A DNA stretch of 63,918 bases, filler included, from Octopus bimaculoides (Eukaryota), in assembly GCF_001194135.2 (NCBI RefSeq). It is 5 parts of 5 records of this genome, joined end to end, with 100 filler letters (N's around TTAATTAATTAA, not from the genome) between each part and the next. Parts side by side here need not be neighbours in the genome. Positions count along the whole stretch, not along the records: positions 13,990 to 24,738 come from NC_068995.1; positions 24,839 to 54,429 come from NC_068989.1; 3 more parts are not named here. The stretch is one strand, 5' to 3'. Below, piece by piece: positions 23,843 through 34,075 of the stretch. Below the pieces are notes generated by a model. That model did not search any database, was not told where the DNA came from, and saw nothing but the letters and a program-made list of their open reading frames with translations. Position 1 is the stretch's first letter. The number at the start of each line of letters is the position of its first letter. Position numbers and translations under genes: made by a program.

Positions 23843-24738
23843 GAGGCCTACATAAACTGAGACAACGAATTAGGAACAGAGAATTAGTGTGCCTCCCTAC
23901 GGACAAGTCTGGCAGACTGTCAATAGACAGCCATCAGAACTATGTCCAAACCATGCAACAACACATCAGTAACATGAGAGAAGTTACACCACAAGAACAT
24001 GAAAAAGTGGAAAAAGTCCTCAACGCACACATGGGAATGTGGTGCAACATACTCCAACCTACAAAAAGGACAGCACACAATTTCCAAGCTACCAACAACG
24101 ACATTCCTACACTATACGGGTTACGCAAAGACCACAAACCCTACATAAGCCCTGTCATGGGGCTTCCAACCAGACCAGTTTGTGGAGCAAATATCTCCAG
24201 CAACTATAGACTGTCCTACTTCCTCTCACAGGTATTACGACCTCTCAATAGAGATGTCTCCAGATGTCTGTGTGAGCATGGAAGATCTCAGTAAAATCAG
24301 TACTTGCAACCACTCCAACAACCTCACAGGTTGTGTAGTGGGTAGTATGGATGTGATTTCACTCTACCCATCTATAGACATAGATTTTGCTGTGGAGATA
24401 TGCATTCAGGTGATCTGTGAGAGTGAAGTGGAGTTCCGCAAAGTCAACACAAGGGAACTGAGCCTCCTCCTCAGACTAAGCTACAACAGTAACTATTTAG
24501 ATGACCATGACCTCAGTAGATTCTGCCCCACCAGGCCACAGAGGGGAAGACCACCCACCATCACTTCAGCAGTGAAAAGAAGCACCACTGAACGCTAGAG
24601 TGGCTGGACTGCACCCACCCAAAACCCTAAGAACAACAATCAGGTAAAGGAAATGATTGCTCACGCAATAGGGGCCAGTATAAAAACCATTTTGAAGAAC
24701 CACATAGTAAAGTTCAACAAAAAACTATACATGCAGGT
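23843..24738 (+). mobile_element. Penelope-like element (PLE) reverse transcriptase, frameshifted and truncated by a scaffold join
   Basis: TDKSG, IPTLYGLRKDHKP, PTRPVCGA (23887..24294), VGSMDVISLYPSID (24182..24598) and ...NHIVKFNKKLYMQ are PLE RT motifs; one frameshift near 24250 and a stop near 24596. Confidence 0.85.
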
Positions 24739-25050
24739 NNNNNNNNNNNNNNNNNNNNNNNNNNNNNNNNNNNNNNNNNNNNTTAATTAATTAANNNNNN
24801 NNNNNNNNNNNNNNNNNNNNNNNNNNNNNNNNNNNNNNGTGCATCCGTAGATTTCTAATGAAGTAATAGGCAGTGAAGAGAAACCGTCATAAGAAAACTT
24901 TTAACTACCTCTATTCCTTTCTCCCCCTCTCTCTACCTCTTTCTCTCTCGCTCTCTCAAACGCATACACGTGCAAGTACACAATCATTCAGTAAAATATA
25001 ACTCATGTTTGTCAATGTTTTGTAAATATACCACGATTTTCACTAGGATG

Positions 25051-25204
25051 TTAGGGTTAGGGTTAGGGTTAGGGTTAGGATTAGTGTTACAGTTACGGTT
25101 TTAGGGTCAGGGCTAGGGTTTTAGGGTTAGGGTTAGGGTTAAGGTTTGGGTTTAGGGTTAGTGTTAGGGTTAGTGTTAGGATTAGGTTTAGGATTAGGGT
25201 TGGG
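25051..25204 (+). repeat. Degenerate interstitial telomeric (TTAGGG)n array, about 25 units
   Basis: ttagggttagggttagggttaggg with TTAGTG, TTAGGA, TCAGGG and CTAGGG variants. Confidence 0.9.
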
Positions 25205-26701
25205 TAATCGTGCGGGTGTTAATCTGAAAAATTACAGATATGTGAAAAGTACCGACCCTGCCAACTATTATAACTTTTGTTGTTCTGTTTAATATATACA
25301 TAGATTATGCCTCCAAAGACGAGAGTTTGCTGGGGAAAGAAAGCAACCGGTTTAAAATGACAGCAACAGACTGCAGCAATTCACCACATTCCAGAAGCTA
25401 CTTTGAACATAATGCAAAATGGTGCATCAACATCTNNNNNNNNNNNNNNNNNNNNNNNNNNNNNNNNNNNNNNNNNNNNNNNNNNNNNNNNNNNNNNNNN
25501 NNNNNNNNNNNNNNNNNNNNNNNNNNNNNNNNNNNNNNNNNNNNNNNNNNNNNNNNNNNNNNNNNNNNNNNNNNNNNNNNNNNNNNNNNNNNNNNNNNNN
25601 NNNNNNNNNNNNNNNNNNNNNNNNNNNNNNNNNNNNNNNNNNNNNNNNNNNNNNNNNNNNNNNNNNNNNNNNNNNNNNNNNNNNNNNNNNNNNNNNNNNN
25701 NNNNNNNNNNNNNNNNNNNNNNNNNNNNNNNNNNNNNNNNNNNNNNNNNNNNNNNNNNNNNNNNNNNNNNNNNNNNNNNNNNNNNNNNNNNNNNNNNNNN
25801 NNNNNNNNNNNNNNNNNNNNNNNNNNNNNNNNNNNNNNNNNNNNNNNNNNNNNNNNNNNNNNNNNNNNNNNNNNNNNNNNNNNNNNNNNNNNNNNNNNNN
25901 NNNNNNNNNNNNNNNNNNNNNNNNNNNNNNNNNNNNNNNNNNNNNNNNNNNNNNNNNNNNNNNNNNNNNNNNNNNNNNNNNNNNNNNNNNNNNNNNNNNN
26001 NNNNNNNNNNNNNNNNNNNNNNNNNNNNNNNNNNNNNNNNNNNNNNNNNNNNNNNNNNNNNNNNNNNNNNNNNNNNNNNNNNNNNNNNNNNNNNNNNNNN
26101 NNNNNNNNNNNNNNNNNNNNNNNNNNNNNNNNNNNNNNNNNNNNNNNNNNNNAGGAGGAGGAGGAGGAGGAGGAGGAGGAGGAGGAGGAGACACGGGGTA
26201 GAAGGAAGAGAAAGAGTATAAATGTACAATAAATTTACAAATAAATATATGCCTAGGCAAAAAATTAGATAGGGCAATAGCATACGCTTTCCAAAGATTT
26301 TCTTAATACAAAACGCTATATATATCAAATGTTGAAAACTATCGAATCGGTGAATGAGAAAACTATGGATATTTAGCTAGCAATAAAGAGATATTTTCAA
26401 TGACACAGAAGTTATATCATAAGGAGCATATCAATGATCATAGAAATTCTGGCACAGAAATTTATATTATTATTTTTTAAATGTCGAACTAGAGGCTGAT
26501 GAATAATAGAAATACATTTAGAATTGAGGAAAAGCTATAAGGTTATATACACTTGGAAAGCAGCATATTTATCTCTGTGTGTTTGTGTGTATGTGTGTTG
26601 CTTTTTGTCCGAGGATACATCGTATTTATATGCGTGTATGTATATGTGTGCATGTGTACTTGTACAGATATTTGTGCATGCATTTGAGAGGTATATTTAC
26701 G

Positions 26702-26755
<54 letters not shown>

Positions 26756-27801
26756 TACGTTTATGTAGAGGTAGAGAAAGTGAGAGAGTGATAAATATAC
26801 ATATATGTAAATAGAGAGGGGGAAAGGAATACAATATTAATCGAGGGAGAGAGAGAGAGAGAGAGAGAGATAAATAATAGTAAAATAAGTTTTAAAAAAT
26901 AGGTATATGGATATTTGTGTGCTAATGTTTGTGTGCATATCTATGTTGATAAATGGGTTTGTAGGCGTGTATATGTGCGAGTTTGGCATGTGGTGTCTTG
27001 ATTGCAAGCGAATGAAACCTGGTTGCGGAAGGTTATGGAAGAATGAATGAATGAACGGTAGTAGGATCTTTCTAAGAGTGAACATTACTGGATACGGCGG
27101 AAAGCATGTCACTGATGTACAGAAGGAATTGTGTGAGGGACAAAATCATAAAAACAATCATAGAAACAGCGACGGTATCTTCCAACGGAGACATACTAAC
27201 CTTGTATTTTTCTTTCCATAGCAAGGAATATCAAACGCTATTCATAACAAGAAAATACCATCGCACAATTCATACAACGCTTCATCAGGAGCAGTGTACA
27301 ATCTGAGCTCTCGCGATTATTCTTAAATGTTAAGCCTCGCACTCGCCAAGGATTTCTGCTGACAAAAAGCAGTGTTTCACTTCATCTCAATGATTGAGTC
27401 TTGTCATCAGGACCAGAAATTACATCAGCAACTAGCAATTATTCACACACTTCAAAACCTAGGCGGAGCGTACTAATTGAATATTACTCTCAGATCTAGG
27501 GCCTTTTCTGTCATTGCACAGACAGACATCCTATTTCACATCTAGGAAAAGGACAATCCGATTGATATGCATAAAGTTACTCAGAGACATTTTAACCTTG
27601 AGACACGTACAGTATCTTTTCCCTACTGCCTTTTCTACTGAAACTATAACTTCTGACAATTATCTCTCCTGCTCCTCCTCCTACTCCTCTTATCATCTTT
27701 GATGTGTACATACTGCAGTATCCGAACTTCCGAACTTCCAAGAACATCTACTTACTGGAGTCCCTTCACCCTCTGCTCATATATTTCTTATCAATTTTAA
27801 C

Positions 27802-28120
<319 letters not shown>

Positions 28121-28140
28121 GATGAGAGACAAAAGATAAG

Positions 28141-28322
28141 TTACATTATTTACACTATGTACATTATTTATATTTGACGGATATTTGTCCTCATCTTTGT
28201 TAACACAACATTTTGGCTGATCTGCTCTCCAGCCTTTATCAGGTATCTTGGGGAATTTTCGAACCTGGGTTCTCATTCCTAAGTACTTGGGGATGTTGTT
28301 ATTATTATTATTATTAAGGTCA
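28141..28322 (-). mobile_element. Inverted, headless copy of the tRNA-HHR element, with decayed HHR core
   Basis: Reverse complement of ~28385-28600. The core reads CUGAUAA...CAGCC-AAAA-UGUU (G8A, G12A and C-to-U changes). Confidence 0.8.
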
Positions 28323-28323
28323 C

Positions 28324-28385
28324 GGGTATATGGCGTAGTGGTTAAGAGCGCGGTCTACTAACCCCAAGATTCCGAGTTCGATTCC

Positions 28386-28430
<45 letters not shown>

Positions 28431-28620
28431 TCAAAAATATACCTTAGGAATGAGAACCTAGGTTCAAAATTTCTCCAAGACACCTGATGAAGGCTGGAGG
28501 GTATATCAGCCGAAACGTTGTGTTAACAACAAACAAGATGGGGACAAATATCTGTCAAATATGAATAATCTAAATAGCGTAAATAATGTACATAATTCTT
28601 CATCTCTTAAATATAGAAAA
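28324..28620 (+). mobile_element. tRNA-headed SINE-like element with (AAT)n linker and hammerhead-containing body
   Basis: Head 28324-28385 with A box TGGCGTAGTGG and B box GAGTTCGATTCC, then (AAT)n 28386-28430, then a body with the HHR at 28479-28524. Confidence 0.75.
28479..28524 (+). ncRNA. Minimal type I hammerhead ribozyme fold (dimer type)
   Basis: GACAC-CUGAUGA-A-GGCUG-(10 nt)-CAGCC-GAAA-CGUU/GUGUU. Intact core, 5-bp stems I and II, palindromic AACGUU stem III, GUU cleavage after 28519. Confidence 0.8.
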
Positions 28621-28849
28621 GATAGGTTACTAAAATATATTCTGTTGTAAAATTTTTATGTGCACAAAATCATGTACTAAAAATATATTGATATATAAAT
28701 ATATAAATATACTTTAAGATATATCAAAAATACATTATAAATATATAGATATAAATAGATATAAAAATATATAGATATAAATATACTAAGAGTACATTAA
28801 GAACATACAATTTATAATCTTACTTAAAATAAAAACGGTATTTAAATTA

Positions 28850-29950
28850 TATACACAGAATGGGTGAAATGCAGAGAATATTGTAAATCTATATAGATGT
28901 TAATAGTTCGTTAAAATCCGACGGCTGTTTCTGGGGGCATAGTGGTGCAAAGATGTAATAGAATTTAAGTTTCATTAATCTAATATCACAGCTTCCTTCA
29001 TGAGAGAATTTTCCAACTGGTAAGGCTACATGAACTTTATACCACCTAGGGACCATGGAAATTTTTATATAAGGGTACTAAGAACAAAAGACGCTTTGGT
29101 GAGGGTGATAGATAAATATTTCAATTGTCCTTATTTTCAAAACTATTTTCAATTTTATATTGTGTGCAGGTCATCGGAGCAGTAATATTAGTGTTCGGAA
29201 AGTTTTTTTGACATTTTTATATTATATTAGTGCCAATCAATCTGTAGGAATTGTTTTGATGTATCTACTTTCGTTATATCGCAACAAACAAGCATTAAAG
29301 AGTGTAAGCGAAAGAAATATTCTAATGTGTTTCTGATGTGACGCAGTAAAGAGGTGGTTTTGTTTAACCAAGTTTGATTATTAACTTTCATTACCAAAAG
29401 ATTTAAAGAAGGTCATTCTTCTTTAATTTATTCAATGTTATGTTTAATACTATTTAACATTATTAGTCATTCCGTTACGTAATATTTTAAGTACATATAA
29501 TTTCTCCACACTGTCATTCTAGGAAATGAAAAAATCGGCTGCAGTTATTTTCCCGTTCTCTTTACGTATTAACAGGCGACTTTGATATTCTCTTCCAGAT
29601 TCTTGATACATCGTCATTTCCATATATCATATACTTAATCTTGCGTAGGTTGTAGCTAATATAGTTCCCATTACGGTACAGATTTTTGTCGCTAAATGTT
29701 AACTTCTTTTTTATGCCCTGATAACTAATCTGCAAAATTCTCCATCCCGAATTTTATTGGTTCACTCCTTAGCCATAGAGGTTATATATATATATATATA
29801 CATTCATTCACTGTATCAGAATTTAATTTATTTGTTTTACATCGACGGTTTTTGAGGATGGTGAGTCAATGCCTTTTATAAAATTTCTGTTGTTCGTAAT
29901 AAATGGTTTCACTCTGTAGTCGTATTCCTTTTATATGTAGTGATATCTGT
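28850..29950 (-). mobile_element. Highly decayed second PLE RT remnant
   Basis: Minus-strand pieces IKFGMENF, TVMGTILATTYARLSI*YME (cf. GTAMGTxxAPTYAxLxxGYLE) and ILLVMKVNN...HIRNT (cf. FLDILV...HTKNNIP); many stops and frameshifts. Confidence 0.5.
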
Positions 29951-30984
29951 ATGTGCTAGTGCGAACGCGCGCGCGCATGTGTGTATTTACCGAATCTTCA
30001 GGAAGTGGTAGTACTCATAGCCTTTACTAATTTCTGAGACCTGTAAGGTTGGTGCCATTTATGCTCCTGCAATTCATTACGTGTGGGAATAACCTGAGCA
30101 GAGAAGAACTTCCAGGAGTCGAATTCCTGAAAAGGAAGCACGGAGTGTAGCGACAAGTGCGAGGTGGGAAGGATGGACACAACAGTTATGAGATGAAGAG
30201 GTGTACAGATGAGTAAGTCCAGAATTTCTGACTGGAACTTATTGGAGCGCAATCAACTCCAAAGAAGCAGAAGCCAATAAGAAGCGGTAGAAAAGGAAGA
30301 GGGCGGAAAGTTTTGACACACAAGCAAACTTTGCTTACATCAACCATAGTTTATTTTATAGATCCCAAGAAGCGGAACAAAAGGGAAAAAAAGAAAGAAT
30401 TAAGCGAAGTAGGATTTGAACTCAGAATAAAACAAACCGGAACGAAAGCAGCAACCTTCTAATGATTCAACAAATGCACTTCCCTGATATAATTGGATGT
30501 TATGTTTTAATTAAAGAATCTTGTCTCTGATATTATATTGCATTCTCTAGATTAAAATAATTTACTTTTATTTAGAAATGAATTGTAAATTTTAGATTCT
30601 CCTCTTTCATTTTTCTTTTTTAATTCTCTTATTGTCAGCTATTTTATTTTTTTCCAGCTAATTCCAATGTCAAATATTGCAACGAATTTAACAAAAGAAC
30701 CTCTCGATCCTGTTTCAACTTGTCTTCAATAAACATTTTTTTCTCTGGTAGGGATTCAAAAAAGCATTTTAATTTATTGTTATAATTTAATTAAACCTTT
30801 CACCCGATACTTTACATTGATCATTAAGCACATTGGCTATTCCTGTAGCGCACCAGTATTTGTTTTGTTTTTGTTTTTGTTTTTAGTAGAGATTGTTCAA
30901 TAGTTCTTTATTTCTAGAGAAAAGGAGATTCTGAGTGGCCCACCAACAACCTTATCATAACACTTCTAATTCAGAGAAAAGGAG

Positions 30985-31018
<34 letters not shown>

Positions 31019-31663
31019 TAAGAGAGAAAGGAAGAAAGAAAGAAAGACTGAAAGAAAGAAAGAAAGAAAGAATGAATGAAAGAAAGAAAGAAAGAATGAN
31101 NNNNNNNNNNNNNNNNNNNNNNNNNNNNNNNNNNNNNNNNNNNNNNNNNNNNNNNNNNNNNNNNNNNNNNNNNNNNNNNNNNNNNNNNNNNNNNNNNNNN
31201 NNNNNNNNNNNNNNNNNNNNNNNNNNNNNNNNNNNNNNNNNNNNNNNNNNNNNNNNNNNNNNNNNNNNNNNNNNNNNNNNNNNNNNNNNNNNNNNNNNNN
31301 NNNNNNNNNNNNNNNNNNNNNNNNNNNNNNNNNNNNNNNNNNNNNNNNNNNNNNNNNNNNNNNNNNNNNNNNNNNNNNNNNNNNNNNNNNNNNNNNNNNN
31401 NNNNNNNNNNNNNNNNNNNNNNNNNNNNNNNNNNNNNNNNNNNNNNNNNNNNNNNNNNNNNNNNNNNNNNNNNNNNNNNNNNNNNNAGTTACGCACTGGA
31501 GTCGATATAATCGACTTAATCCGTTTGTCTGTCCTTTTTTGTCCTCCCTGTGTTTAGCCCCTTGTGGGCAGTAAAGAAATAACACAAACACACAAACAAG
31601 TACACAGACACACAGCCACACACAAACACACACTCACATACATATATACATACATACATATAA

Positions 31664-31700
<37 letters not shown>

Positions 31701-31769
31701 ATACTTGTTTGTTTTTAGATTGAGCCTAAATTTTATTTACTGATTTACCTTACATTTTCTGTCCTGATC

Positions 31770-31990
31770 AGCTGGCAGAAACGTTAGCGCGCCGGGCGAA
31801 ATGCTTACCGGTATTTCGTCTGCCATTACGTTCTGAGTTCAAATTCCGCCGAGGTCGGCTTTGCCTTTCATCCTTTCGGGGTTGATAAATTAAGTACCAG
31901 TTACGCACTGGGGTCGATGTAATCGACCTAATATCTTTGTTTGTCCCCTCTATGTTTAGCCCCTTGTGGGCAATAAAGAAATAAGAAATT
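31770..31990 (+). mobile_element. tRNA-derived SINE family A, central domain resembling Deu/Nin (gcctttcatcctttcggggtcgataaat..gtacc)
   Basis: B-box-like gagttcaaattcc. Further copies at 4181-4378(-), 31487-31581(+), 47352-47575(+), 49801-49985(+), 51087-51300(-), 52898-53148(+), 56226-56410(-) and 63540-63660(+). Confidence 0.85.
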
Positions 31991-32563
31991 AAAACGTGGC
32001 AATCAGTCCATTGAATGACATTATACCTTCTTCCAGGGCCTAAGATGCTCAAGATCCAACGATCGGCAGTGAGAGTTATGTAAAACTTTGCGGGTGATGA
32101 CAAGGGCGTTAGTGTTTTTGATTTTTCTGGAATGTAGTTGTAACATGAAAAACAAACGGTACACTCGGCTTAAAAAAGCCATTAGCAAGAAGTGACTGAA
32201 CAAGGTGCAGGGCTATATGAACAACCAACGCAATTTCGTTCAAAAGTCTTCGATAAATTTGAGACTAACGGTTTGCAGGAAAACATTACAGCTAACATCG
32301 GGGGAGTACAGTTTCATCACTGATAAATTGCTTTTATATCATAAACGACCAACATTAATATATCCACATATTTCAGCATGATAAATACTACAGCTTATCT
32401 CCATGTATCATTTTATCACTTTCTTCTCCACACACTTAGCGACTGCTGTTCTATTCTGCATTTTCGATCAATCCTACTCTCCTCCTCAGATCGCATATTT
32501 TATATACTTTCTCCAAAAGGAAGCCGGCATAAGCACCTCATAATTACTCAACTTTAAATGAAT

Positions 32564-33408
32564 TACGAGGTGATATCAAAAGGTTTCCGGACCAGTTATG
32601 CTTAATAAAATATAACTTATTTACCTAAGTTTTAACATCATAGCAGCAGTACACTGGTCCCTACGTTCCTGCTACTTTAGGAATCCGGCCTGGAAGTAGT
32701 TTTTCCGTAAGCGAGTCGAGGACCTTCCGCGATTCGCTCTCGACAACAGCGACCTTTGAGCTGCAATTTCATTTTGAAGAAAAGATGGAAATCCGCAAGT
32801 GCTAAATCTGGCAAATAGAGCGGGTGTGGAGGCGATACTATGTTGTTTTTGGCAAGAAACTCACGAGTCGGAAGAGCTCGGTGACGGTGAATTCTTGTTG
32901 TGAAAAATCCAATTCTTCGTGCTCCACAGATCCCTCAAATGCGTCAAAACGTCGCAGTAGAACTCTCGATTGACGGTCTGGCCCTGGAGGACAAATTCTC
33001 GATGCACAAAACCACATTTTCGGGGTTGACGCTCTTGGCAGGTCTTCCAGGTCGCTCATCGTCTCCCAGAAACGTTCTTCCGCTTTTGAAGCGTCTGTGC
33101 CACGCGAAACATTGCGTACGACCCATTGTTTCATCAACGTAAGCATGTCGAAGCATGCTCAATGTCTCTGTAGCAAACTTTCTAGGTTTGGGAAAATTTC
33201 ACGTTGGCTCTTTGTTCCTGTCCATAACAAAATCCCAGACTACAGCATACACATGATCACAGAAACACAAATTTCACAACTTGCGAAGTAAACACAGTAA
33301 TGTCACTCAGCACACTGCCTCATGAAGGTCACTACTAGTTCTCACAGCACACGCCCTCTGTTAGCGTACTACAGAACTAGTCGGGGAACTGCTTGATACC
33401 ACCCTGAC
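32564..33408 (-). mobile_element. Non-autonomous, internally deleted mariner element, copy 2 of the same family
   Basis: TA+cgaggtgatatcaaaaggtttccggac TIR. ORF 32944..33162 MLRHAYVDETMGRTQCFAWHRRFKSGRTFLGDDERPGRP is the mariner HTH region. Collinear with copy 1 throughout. Confidence 0.88.
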
Positions 33409-33689
33409 TTCAAAGAAATAGACTAAAAGTAACACATCCCAAATATATTTGAGACAACTCGAACTACAACAAAAGAGCTTCTACGTAGTCACTCCACCAG
33501 CTAGAAAGGGTAGCCACATTTCCTTCAAATCTGATCTGAACACGACTAGTATCGTTTGGATTATCCTACATATACAAATAAACAGGTTAGCCATAGCTAA
33601 AATGCCTTTGTCTATTGACTTACATGAGTAGAGCTGACATGTGGCTAAACAACAACAGCTAGAGACTACAAAAGAGCCTCTACGTGATC

Positions 33690-34075
33690 TGTTCACCTGT
33701 AAGAAATAGTAGCAAAATCTCCCTTAAAGTAGACATTACCGTCTGAAATAAGGATGGATTAGACAACGTAGTAATCCTTGGTATATAAAAAGACAAAATA
33801 TCCATGATTGAAAGGCTTTGATCCTAAATTTGATTGACTATGATTGATCTTAAAAGTTGCCTTTACAAAGTACTGCCGACTTATAAGGGCCGGTTACCGG
33901 TGTATAAATTCCTCATCTTGATGAGACGCCGGAGTACTCATTTTTGTCCGCTGAGTGGACTGAAGAAACATGAAATGGAGTGTTTTTCTCAAGAACACAA
34001 CGCGTCGCCCGGTTCAGGAATTGAAACCACAATCTTACGATCAAGAGTCTAACACCCTAAGCCACGCACCTCCAC
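33690..34075 (-). mobile_element. tRNA-derived SINE family E
   Basis: Minus-strand head gtggaggtgcgtggcttag...ggtttcaattcctgaacc; a related body (tgctcaagaacacaa) at 52190-52510(-). Confidence 0.65.

Noticed and set aside
24738-25204. PLE RT next to telomeric repeats, suggesting a telomere-associated Athena-like element
   Set aside because: An artificial scaffold join (24783) separates them, so the adjacency is not evidence.
25300-26200. Possible exon running into a (GGA)n tract (poly-Gly/Glu/Arg ORFs)
   Set aside because: A ~720 N gap lies between them and there is no recognisable homology.
28324-28385. tRNA gene (Ser, ACT anticodon); likewise heads at 50622 and 52898
   Set aside because: The cloverleaf is incomplete (no 3' acceptor strand) and continues into repeat bodies, so these are SINE heads.
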